Below, in pieces: positions 8,361 through 17,500 of a DNA stretch of 64,000 nt. How positions within the stretch are numbered: the stretch's first letter is position 1; each line of letters opens with the position of its first letter. Position numbers and translations under genes: made by a program. The stretch is from IMG/VR virus record IMGVR_UViG_2897328257_000003; one strand, 5' to 3'. This DNA comes from a virus. Its lineage: Duplodnaviria > Heunggongvirae > Uroviricota > Caudoviricetes. Below the pieces are notes generated by a model. The model had not been told where the DNA came from, did not search any database, and saw only the letters and a program-made list of their open reading frames with translations.

Positions 8361-8814
8361 ACAGCAAATCCGTCTGGTCTGCCGTCAGTGCATGGACCGC
8401 TGCCGGGCGGGTGAAACGTGGCCCCCGGACCTGGCTGAGTTTGTTGCGCTGATTTCGGAGAGTGGGGCAAATCCATTTGGTCTTACGGTGGATGCCGTGA
8501 TGGAAGAGTACCGGCGCTGGCGCAATGAATCCTGGCGATACGACGGGAGTGATAAATACCCGTGGCCACAGCCTGTGCTGTACCACATCTGCCTCGAAAT
8601 GCGTACCAGAGGGATTGAGCGCCAGATGACGCAGGGTGAGTTAAAACGACTTGCGGAACGGCAACTGACGAAATGGGCAAAGCATGTTGGTAACGGGATG
8701 AGTGTTCCGCCAGTGCGACGACAACTGGAAGGGGCGAAACACCCGAAAGGGCCAACGCCAATTGAACGGCTGAAACAGGAATACGAACGCCGGAAGGCTG
8801 CTGGTTTTATTTGA
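8152..8814 (+). CDS. Lambda P-like replication protein (DnaB helicase loader family)
   Basis: 220 aa; strong RBS AAGGGGG before ATG 8152; ..TWPPDLAEFVAL.. and ..YPWPQPVLYHICLEMRTRGIERQMTQGELKRLAERQL.. parallel lambda P; overlaps the previous ORF by ~209 nt in another frame. Confidence 0.7.
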   Translation: MQHQVARHHGQFRKSGQHANSGNVKTDLSATETAWKLWELMGEVYSNRWTQKNGAAPSKLWIAQIGAMTEQQIRLVCRQCMDRCRAGETWPPDLAEFVALISESGANPFGLTVDAVMEEYRRWRNESWRYDGSDKYPWPQPVLYHICLEMRTRGIERQMTQGELKRLAERQLTKWAKHVGNGMSVPPVRRQLEGAKHPKGPTPIERLKQEYERRKAAGFI

Positions 8815-8847
8815 ATCTGGGAAACGATTTTGTCGGAGGAAATTTTA

Positions 8848-9564
8848 ATGGAAACCGTATTTGACGCACTGAAAGCACTGAAAAGAGCCTCTTCACAGGT
8901 AGTGGCGGCCCGCCTTGGAATCAGCCGTGAAGATGCGGTCAACGAACTGTGGAAACTGAAGCGCCGTGGTGAAGCGGATAACAAGGGGTCGATGTGGTGG
9001 CTGACTCAGGCAGGTGAAAGTGAACCAGTGTCACCGGTACCGAAAGTGACAGCGCAAATGCTGACTGAGGCGATTGAACAACATGGCCCACAAACGGCGG
9101 ATGAGCTGGCACTTATGTTCGGGATTACCTCCCGCCGGGCGAATTCATCGCTGGCCATGGCAATCAGCAAAGGGCGTCTGATTCGCGTAAATCAGGGCGG
9201 TAAATTTCGTTACTGCATACCGGGCGCTGATTTACCGGCAGAGCCGGAAGCTGCATCCGTAGCGGAAACCGATGGTAAAGCCTTTCCTCAGCCAGCAGGT
9301 GTTGCGTTACCAGTCCAGGAAACGACGACACAGGAAGAAATGAAAACAGAAATCGTGGAAGACATTGTGAAGTTACAGCCATCGGTCACCGAAACGAAAG
9401 CAGATAACCTGATTCTACCATCGCTGCATGTGGCTAACCGCGAGCTGCGCCGGGCAAAAGGTCAGGTTCAGAAGTGGGAGCGAGTCTGCGCCGCGCTGCG
9501 GGAGCTGAACAAGTGCCGGGATATTCTCTGGGATATTACCGCCACCAGAGAACAGCAGCGGTGA
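8848..9564 (+). CDS. Hypothetical prophage protein with two winged-helix-like segments (DUF1627-like as recalled)
   Basis: ATG 8848 preceded by GGAGGA at good spacing; ORF track places an upstream TTG at 8830. Confidence 0.55.
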   Translation: METVFDALKALKRASSQVVAARLGISREDAVNELWKLKRRGEADNKGSMWWLTQAGESEPVSPVPKVTAQMLTEAIEQHGPQTADELALMFGITSRRANSSLAMAISKGRLIRVNQGGKFRYCIPGADLPAEPEAASVAETDGKAFPQPAGVALPVQETTTQEEMKTEIVEDIVKLQPSVTETKADNLILPSLHVANRELRRAKGQVQKWERVCAALRELNKCRDILWDITATREQQR

Positions 9565-9878
9565 GTGGGTGGAAGACGTGGTGCCGGGCTGAAATTCTGA
9601 TACTCCGGCAGTGCGCGGGAACAATGAAGGTAAAAAGCATTGGCGCACTTATCGGACGAACTGAAGCGGCAGTGAGAACGAAGGCACGGGAGTTGGGCAT
9701 CAGCATGATGTTACGTGGTGATTTTCACCCGTCGGCAAAATATTCTCAGCGTGATATTGAGCTGGCGCGGCAACTGCATCAGAGAGGCATGCAAAGAAGG
9801 GAAATTGCCAGAAAATTAGGCATGCCGCTGCGCATAGTGAATAACTACGTTTATTTCGACAGGAGGGTTCAGGCGTGA
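9561..9878 (+). CDS. Small DNA-binding protein with GcrA-like N-terminal HTH and a second sigma-70 region-4-like HTH
   Basis: GTG start overlapping the upstream stop (GTGA); pattern W..E.L....G.....I...+G.T.AV..K...LG resembles the GcrA N-terminus. Confidence 0.45.
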   Translation: MSGWKTWCRAEILILRQCAGTMKVKSIGALIGRTEAAVRTKARELGISMMLRGDFHPSAKYSQRDIELARQLHQRGMQRREIARKLGMPLRIVNNYVYFDRRVQA

Positions 9879-10180
9879 GGGTGAGCATTTATATCGCCGG
9901 TCCAATGACGGGATATGAAAATTTCAACCGCGAGGCGTTTCACAGGGCGGAAGAAGCACTGAAACGGGAAGGGCATACCGTTTTAAACCCGGCAGTACTT
10001 CCGGACGGGCTGACTCAGCCGCAGTACATGGATATTTGCATGGCAATGATTCGTTGTGTGGATGCGGTTTATATGCTGAAAGGCTGGCAGCGATCGGCAG
10101 GCGCTAAGGCAGAACTGGCACTGGCGGAGAAACTGGGACATGCGGTTATTTTCCAGGAGGCAACCAGTGAGCGAAATTAA
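9875..10180 (+). CDS. DUF4406-like protein (nucleoside 2-deoxyribosyltransferase-like fold family)
   Basis: 101 aa; GTG start after AGGAGGG with overlapped upstream stop; N-terminal ..VSIYIAGPMTGYENFNREAF.. is the characteristic motif as recalled. Confidence 0.65.
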   Translation: MRVSIYIAGPMTGYENFNREAFHRAEEALKREGHTVLNPAVLPDGLTQPQYMDICMAMIRCVDAVYMLKGWQRSAGAKAELALAEKLGHAVIFQEATSERN

Positions 10181-10329
10181 TTACCAGGAGCTACGGCAGG
10201 TGAAAGAGAAAGCATAATCCAGATCTGAATAATTAAAATCAGCACTGTAAATAAAATTTAATCCTTAACCGGAGGGATTTCTGCACCCTCAGAACATCAG
10301 GAGACCGCCAGAAAGGGCGGTAATGAAAA

Positions 10330-10698
10330 ATGACTGAATTAACAAAAGAGCAATTAATCAAAGAAGCCAAATTAAAAATAGCGGTTGCGAAATGTTACCC
10401 TAATTCAGAGATGGCCAGGGTAGAGGGAGAGCTATTCAAAATTGCACTGGCATCGCTGGAGGCGGTTCCGGTGGCATGGCTGCATTCAGACAATGGCCTG
10501 GGTATTCCAGCAATAACCAGGAGTAAAAACGTTGCTGATAGTTGGTTATCAAAGGGCTGGTATGTTCAGCCGTTATATGTAGCCCAACCTGTACCGGTGG
10601 TGCCGGATGCTCGTCCATCTTTAAATAATGGCATTGTCGGATTTGATGAAGGCTGGAATGCCTGCCGGGATGCCATGCTTAATGGAGATAAATCATGA
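10330..10698 (+). CDS. Hypothetical protein (122 aa), first gene of a coupled three-gene module; C-terminal ..EGWNACRDAML.. motif
   Basis: ORF after a 150-bp AT-rich intergenic region with promoter-like sequence and a hairpin just before the start; stop overlaps the next start (ATGA). Confidence 0.6.
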   Translation: MTELTKEQLIKEAKLKIAVAKCYPNSEMARVEGELFKIALASLEAVPVAWLHSDNGLGIPAITRSKNVADSWLSKGWYVQPLYVAQPVPVVPDARPSLNNGIVGFDEGWNACRDAMLNGDKS

Positions 10699-11396
10699 TT
10701 AATCGTATCAAACTGGAGCACATCCTCGAATATGCCGGGCAGCAGAGGCATATTGGTCAGCATTGTAAAATTCCACCAGGAGATATGGTTGAAATCATGG
10801 AGATTGCCATGCGCAAGGCTGGCAACCCTCCGGTAACTCCGGGGCGTTTGCCTGGCGGTTTCACCATTGAGGAGGCGAAGGAGTTACATGAAGACCTGGT
10901 GCGCAGCCACATAAGCAAGGCTTTAAGTGGCGAAAAGATGAAGAAGAAGGATCTCGATGCTGATTTGCGCTGGATCCATGGGGTTATAGTCCAGGCCGCC
11001 TGGTTTGTAAAAGCATCACTGGAGCAGAATGTGCTAACGGGTAACTCTCAGGTAATCCCTGATGACGGTCGCGAACAGTTTGAAACACTTATCAGGTTCC
11101 ATGCAGATGATAAAAACCATGAAACATTATTGCTTCGTGCTAACGAAGGGATGAATTACCGGGATCCAAATGTGGATTTGGCATGGATATTCTGGAAATC
11201 CAGTCGAGAGCACATATTGCCTGGAAAAAGCGACAATAATCCAGCATCAGGCGATCAGGTAAGTGAATTAACAATGTGGGTGAAGCGGTTATCTCATTCC
11301 TTAAAAAGCGTTAATAAATCAAGCAAACTACCGGATAAAGCGATGGACTACCTGAAGCGAAACGGACTGATAAACGAGGAGAATATTTTACGATGA
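10695..11396 (+). CDS. Hypothetical protein (233 aa), second gene of the coupled module
   Basis: ATGA overlaps with both neighbours; no recognised domain. Confidence 0.6.
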   Translation: MINRIKLEHILEYAGQQRHIGQHCKIPPGDMVEIMEIAMRKAGNPPVTPGRLPGGFTIEEAKELHEDLVRSHISKALSGEKMKKKDLDADLRWIHGVIVQAAWFVKASLEQNVLTGNSQVIPDDGREQFETLIRFHADDKNHETLLLRANEGMNYRDPNVDLAWIFWKSSREHILPGKSDNNPASGDQVSELTMWVKRLSHSLKSVNKSSKLPDKAMDYLKRNGLINEENILR

Positions 11397-11476
11397 CCTG
11401 GCCTGAAGCGTTCATAACGGTAGGAATTGCAATGGCGGTGGCGCTGGTGGTGTATTCGATTTGCCGCTGGGGATAA
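11393..11476 (+). CDS. Putative 27-aa hydrophobic (single transmembrane-like) peptide, third gene of the module
   Basis: Hand-translated MTWPEAFITVGIAMAVALVVYSICRWG; start overlaps the upstream stop (ATGA); below ORF-track cut-off. Confidence 0.3.
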   Translation: MTWPEAFITVGIAMAVALVVYSICRWG

Positions 11477-11538
11477 AAACGGTTTGCGGGGAAAGAAGAG
11501 TTAAGTAGAATTGCTGCGGGTGCTTGAGGCTGTCTGCC

Positions 11539-14500
11539 NNNNNNNNNNNNNNNNNNNNNNNNNNNNNNNNNNNNNNNNNNNNNNNNNNNNNNNNNNNNNN
11601 NNNNNNNNNNNNNNNNNNNNNNNNNNNNNNNNNNNNNNNNNNNNNNNNNNNNNNNNNNNNNNNNNNNNNNNNNNNNNNNNNNNNNNNNNNNNNNNNNNNN
11701 NNNNNNNNNNNNNNNNNNNNNNNNNNNNNNNNNNNNNNNNNNNNNNNNNNNNNNNNNNNNNNNNNNNNNNNNNNNNNNNNNNNNNNNNNNNNNNNNNNNN
11801 NNNNNNNNNNNNNNNNNNNNNNNNNNNNNNNNNNNNNNNNNNNNNNNNNNNNNNNNNNNNNNNNNNNNNNNNNNNNNNNNNNNNNNNNNNNNNNNNNNNN
11901 NNNNNNNNNNNNNNNNNNNNNNNNNNNNNNNNNNNNNNNNNNNNNNNNNNNNNNNNNNNNNNNNNNNNNNNNNNNNNNNNNNNNNNNNNNNNNNNNNNNN
12001 NNNNNNNNNNNNNNNNNNNNNNNNNNNNNNNNNNNNNNNNNNNNNNNNNNNNNNNNNNNNNNNNNNNNNNNNNNNNNNNNNNNNNNNNNNNNNNNNNNNN
12101 NNNNNNNNNNNNNNNNNNNNNNNNNNNNNNNNNNNNNNNNNNNNNNNNNNNNNNNNNNNNNNNNNNNNNNNNNNNNNNNNNNNNNNNNNNNNNNNNNNNN
12201 NNNNNNNNNNNNNNNNNNNNNNNNNNNNNNNNNNNNNNNNNNNNNNNNNNNNNNNNNNNNNNNNNNNNNNNNNNNNNNNNNNNNNNNNNNNNNNNNNNNN
12301 NNNNNNNNNNNNNNNNNNNNNNNNNNNNNNNNNNNNNNNNNNNNNNNNNNNNNNNNNNNNNNNNNNNNNNNNNNNNNNNNNNNNNNNNNNNNNNNNNNNN
12401 NNNNNNNNNNNNNNNNNNNNNNNNNNNNNNNNNNNNNNNNNNNNNNNNNNNNNNNNNNNNNNNNNNNNNNNNNNNNNNNNNNNNNNNNNNNNNNNNNNNN
12501 NNNNNNNNNNNNNNNNNNNNNNNNNNNNNNNNNNNNNNNNNNNNNNNNNNNNNNNNNNNNNNNNNNNNNNNNNNNNNNNNNNNNNNNNNNNNNNNNNNNN
12601 NNNNNNNNNNNNNNNNNNNNNNNNNNNNNNNNNNNNNNNNNNNNNNNNNNNNNNNNNNNNNNNNNNNNNNNNNNNNNNNNNNNNNNNNNNNNNNNNNNNN
12701 NNNNNNNNNNNNNNNNNNNNNNNNNNNNNNNNNNNNNNNNNNNNNNNNNNNNNNNNNNNNNNNNNNNNNNNNNNNNNNNNNNNNNNNNNNNNNNNNNNNN
12801 NNNNNNNNNNNNNNNNNNNNNNNNNNNNNNNNNNNNNNNNNNNNNNNNNNNNNNNNNNNNNNNNNNNNNNNNNNNNNNNNNNNNNNNNNNNNNNNNNNNN
12901 NNNNNNNNNNNNNNNNNNNNNNNNNNNNNNNNNNNNNNNNNNNNNNNNNNNNNNNNNNNNNNNNNNNNNNNNNNNNNNNNNNNNNNNNNNNNNNNNNNNN
13001 NNNNNNNNNNNNNNNNNNNNNNNNNNNNNNNNNNNNNNNNNNNNNNNNNNNNNNNNNNNNNNNNNNNNNNNNNNNNNNNNNNNNNNNNNNNNNNNNNNNN
13101 NNNNNNNNNNNNNNNNNNNNNNNNNNNNNNNNNNNNNNNNNNNNNNNNNNNNNNNNNNNNNNNNNNNNNNNNNNNNNNNNNNNNNNNNNNNNNNNNNNNN
13201 NNNNNNNNNNNNNNNNNNNNNNNNNNNNNNNNNNNNNNNNNNNNNNNNNNNNNNNNNNNNNNNNNNNNNNNNNNNNNNNNNNNNNNNNNNNNNNNNNNNN
13301 NNNNNNNNNNNNNNNNNNNNNNNNNNNNNNNNNNNNNNNNNNNNNNNNNNNNNNNNNNNNNNNNNNNNNNNNNNNNNNNNNNNNNNNNNNNNNNNNNNNN
13401 NNNNNNNNNNNNNNNNNNNNNNNNNNNNNNNNNNNNNNNNNNNNNNNNNNNNNNNNNNNNNNNNNNNNNNNNNNNNNNNNNNNNNNNNNNNNNNNNNNNN
13501 NNNNNNNNNNNNNNNNNNNNNNNNNNNNNNNNNNNNNNNNNNNNNNNNNNNNNNNNNNNNNNNNNNNNNNNNNNNNNNNNNNNNNNNNNNNNNNNNNNNN
13601 NNNNNNNNNNNNNNNNNNNNNNNNNNNNNNNNNNNNNNNNNNNNNNNNNNNNNNNNNNNNNNNNNNNNNNNNNNNNNNNNNNNNNNNNNNNNNNNNNNNN
13701 NNNNNNNNNNNNNNNNNNNNNNNNNNNNNNNNNNNNNNNNNNNNNNNNNNNNNNNNNNNNNNNNNNNNNNNNNNNNNNNNNNNNNNNNNNNNNNNNNNNN
13801 NNNNNNNNNNNNNNNNNNNNNNNNNNNNNNNNNNNNNNNNNNNNNNNNNNNNNNNNNNNNNNNNNNNNNNNNNNNNNNNNNNNNNNNNNNNNNNNNNNNN
13901 NNNNNNNNNNNNNNNNNNNNNNNNNNNNNNNNNNNNNNNNNNNNNNNNNNNNNNNNNNNNNNNNNNNNNNNNNNNNNNNNNNNNNNNNNNNNNNNNNNNN
14001 NNNNNNNNNNNNNNNNNNNNNNNNNNNNNNNNNNNNNNNNNNNNNNNNNNNNNNNNNNNNNNNNNNNNNNNNNNNNNNNNNNNNNNNNNNNNNNNNNNNN
14101 NNNNNNNNNNNNNNNNNNNNNNNNNNNNNNNNNNNNNNNNNNNNNNNNNNNNNNNNNNNNNNNNNNNNNNNNNNNNNNNNNNNNNNNNNNNNNNNNNNNN
14201 NNNNNNNNNNNNNNNNNNNNNNNNNNNNNNNNNNNNNNNNNNNNNNNNNNNNNNNNNNNNNNNNNNNNNNNNNNNNNNNNNNNNNNNNNNNNNNNNNNNN
14301 NNNNNNNNNNNNNNNNNNNNNNNNNNNNNNNNNNNNNNNNNNNNNNNNNNNNNNNNNNNNNNNNNNNNNNNNNNNNNNNNNNNNNNNNNNNNNNNNNNNN
14401 NNNNNNNNNNNNNNNNNNNNNNNNNNNNNNNNNNNNNNNNNNNNNNNNNNNNNNNNNNNNNNNNNNNNNNNNNNNNNNNNNNNNNNNNNNNNNNNNNNNN

Positions 14501-17500
14501 NNNNNNNNNNNNNNNNNNNNNNNNNNNNNNNNNNNNNNNNNNNNNNNNNNNNNNNNNNNNNNNNNNNNNNNNNNNNNNNNNNNNNNNNNNNNNNNNNNNN
14601 NNNNNNNNNNNNNNNNNNNNNNNNNNNNNNNNNNNNNNNNNNNNNNNNNNNNNNNNNNNNNNNNNNNNNNNNNNNNNNNNNNNNNNNNNNNNNNNNNNNN
14701 NNNNNNNNNNNNNNNNNNNNNNNNNNNNNNNNNNNNNNNNNNNNNNNNNNNNNNNNNNNNNNNNNNNNNNNNNNNNNNNNNNNNNNNNNNNNNNNNNNNN
14801 NNNNNNNNNNNNNNNNNNNNNNNNNNNNNNNNNNNNNNNNNNNNNNNNNNNNNNNNNNNNNNNNNNNNNNNNNNNNNNNNNNNNNNNNNNNNNNNNNNNN
14901 NNNNNNNNNNNNNNNNNNNNNNNNNNNNNNNNNNNNNNNNNNNNNNNNNNNNNNNNNNNNNNNNNNNNNNNNNNNNNNNNNNNNNNNNNNNNNNNNNNNN
15001 NNNNNNNNNNNNNNNNNNNNNNNNNNNNNNNNNNNNNNNNNNNNNNNNNNNNNNNNNNNNNNNNNNNNNNNNNNNNNNNNNNNNNNNNNNNNNNNNNNNN
15101 NNNNNNNNNNNNNNNNNNNNNNNNNNNNNNNNNNNNNNNNNNNNNNNNNNNNNNNNNNNNNNNNNNNNNNNNNNNNNNNNNNNNNNNNNNNNNNNNNNNN
15201 NNNNNNNNNNNNNNNNNNNNNNNNNNNNNNNNNNNNNNNNNNNNNNNNNNNNNNNNNNNNNNNNNNNNNNNNNNNNNNNNNNNNNNNNNNNNNNNNNNNN
15301 NNNNNNNNNNNNNNNNNNNNNNNNNNNNNNNNNNNNNNNNNNNNNNNNNNNNNNNNNNNNNNNNNNNNNNNNNNNNNNNNNNNNNNNNNNNNNNNNNNNN
15401 NNNNNNNNNNNNNNNNNNNNNNNNNNNNNNNNNNNNNNNNNNNNNNNNNNNNNNNNNNNNNNNNNNNNNNNNNNNNNNNNNNNNNNNNNNNNNNNNNNNN
15501 NNNNNNNNNNNNNNNNNNNNNNNNNNNNNNNNNNNNNNNNNNNNNNNNNNNNNNNNNNNNNNNNNNNNNNNNNNNNNNNNNNNNNNNNNNNNNNNNNNNN
15601 NNNNNNNNNNNNNNNNNNNNNNNNNNNNNNNNNNNNNNNNNNNNNNNNNNNNNNNNNNNNNNNNNNNNNNNNNNNNNNNNNNNNNNNNNNNNNNNNNNNN
15701 NNNNNNNNNNNNNNNNNNNNNNNNNNNNNNNNNNNNNNNNNNNNNNNNNNNNNNNNNNNNNNNNNNNNNNNNNNNNNNNNNNNNNNNNNNNNNNNNNNNN
15801 NNNNNNNNNNNNNNNNNNNNNNNNNNNNNNNNNNNNNNNNNNNNNNNNNNNNNNNNNNNNNNNNNNNNNNNNNNNNNNNNNNNNNNNNNNNNNNNNNNNN
15901 NNNNNNNNNNNNNNNNNNNNNNNNNNNNNNNNNNNNNNNNNNNNNNNNNNNNNNNNNNNNNNNNNNNNNNNNNNNNNNNNNNNNNNNNNNNNNNNNNNNN
16001 NNNNNNNNNNNNNNNNNNNNNNNNNNNNNNNNNNNNNNNNNNNNNNNNNNNNNNNNNNNNNNNNNNNNNNNNNNNNNNNNNNNNNNNNNNNNNNNNNNNN
16101 NNNNNNNNNNNNNNNNNNNNNNNNNNNNNNNNNNNNNNNNNNNNNNNNNNNNNNNNNNNNNNNNNNNNNNNNNNNNNNNNNNNNNNNNNNNNNNNNNNNN
16201 NNNNNNNNNNNNNNNNNNNNNNNNNNNNNNNNNNNNNNNNNNNNNNNNNNNNNNNNNNNNNNNNNNNNNNNNNNNNNNNNNNNNNNNNNNNNNNNNNNNN
16301 NNNNNNNNNNNNNNNNNNNNNNNNNNNNNNNNNNNNNNNNNNNNNNNNNNNNNNNNNNNNNNNNNNNNNNNNNNNNNNNNNNNNNNNNNNNNNNNNNNNN
16401 NNNNNNNNNNNNNNNNNNNNNNNNNNNNNNNNNNNNNNNNNNNNNNNNNNNNNNNNNNNNNNNNNNNNNNNNNNNNNNNNNNNNNNNNNNNNNNNNNNNN
16501 NNNNNNNNNNNNNNNNNNNNNNNNNNNNNNNNNNNNNNNNNNNNNNNNNNNNNNNNNNNNNNNNNNNNNNNNNNNNNNNNNNNNNNNNNNNNNNNNNNNN
16601 NNNNNNNNNNNNNNNNNNNNNNNNNNNNNNNNNNNNNNNNNNNNNNNNNNNNNNNNNNNNNNNNNNNNNNNNNNNNNNNNNNNNNNNNNNNNNNNNNNNN
16701 NNNNNNNNNNNNNNNNNNNNNNNNNNNNNNNNNNNNNNNNNNNNNNNNNNNNNNNNNNNNNNNNNNNNNNNNNNNNNNNNNNNNNNNNNNNNNNNNNNNN
16801 NNNNNNNNNNNNNNNNNNNNNNNNNNNNNNNNNNNNNNNNNNNNNNNNNNNNNNNNNNNNNNNNNNNNNNNNNNNNNNNNNNNNNNNNNNNNNNNNNNNN
16901 NNNNNNNNNNNNNNNNNNNNNNNNNNNNNNNNNNNNNNNNNNNNNNNNNNNNNNNNNNNNNNNNNNNNNNNNNNNNNNNNNNNNNNNNNNNNNNNNNNNN
17001 NNNNNNNNNNNNNNNNNNNNNNNNNNNNNNNNNNNNNNNNNNNNNNNNNNNNNNNNNNNNNNNNNNNNNNNNNNNNNNNNNNNNNNNNNNNNNNNNNNNN
17101 NNNNNNNNNNNNNNNNNNNNNNNNNNNNNNNNNNNNNNNNNNNNNNNNNNNNNNNNNNNNNNNNNNNNNNNNNNNNNNNNNNNNNNNNNNNNNNNNNNNN
17201 NNNNNNNNNNNNNNNNNNNNNNNNNNNNNNNNNNNNNNNNNNNNNNNNNNNNNNNNNNNNNNNNNNNNNNNNNNNNNNNNNNNNNNNNNNNNNNNNNNNN
17301 NNNNNNNNNNNNNNNNNNNNNNNNNNNNNNNNNNNNNNNNNNNNNNNNNNNNNNNNNNNNNNNNNNNNNNNNNNNNNNNNNNNNNNNNNNNNNNNNNNNN
17401 NNNNNNNNNNNNNNNNNNNNNNNNNNNNNNNNNNNNNNNNNNNNNNNNNNNNNNNNNNNNNNNNNNNNNNNNNNNNNNNNNNNNNNNNNNNNNNNNNNNN

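Noticed and set aside
6967-8984. Minus-strand ORFs antisense to the ydaT-like and replication genes (e.g. 6967..7257, 7151..7615, 7682..7915, 7869..8153, 8236..8586, 8385..8984, 8483..8761)
   Set aside because: Antisense to well-supported genes; Ser/Arg/Pro-rich low-complexity products typical of shadow frames.
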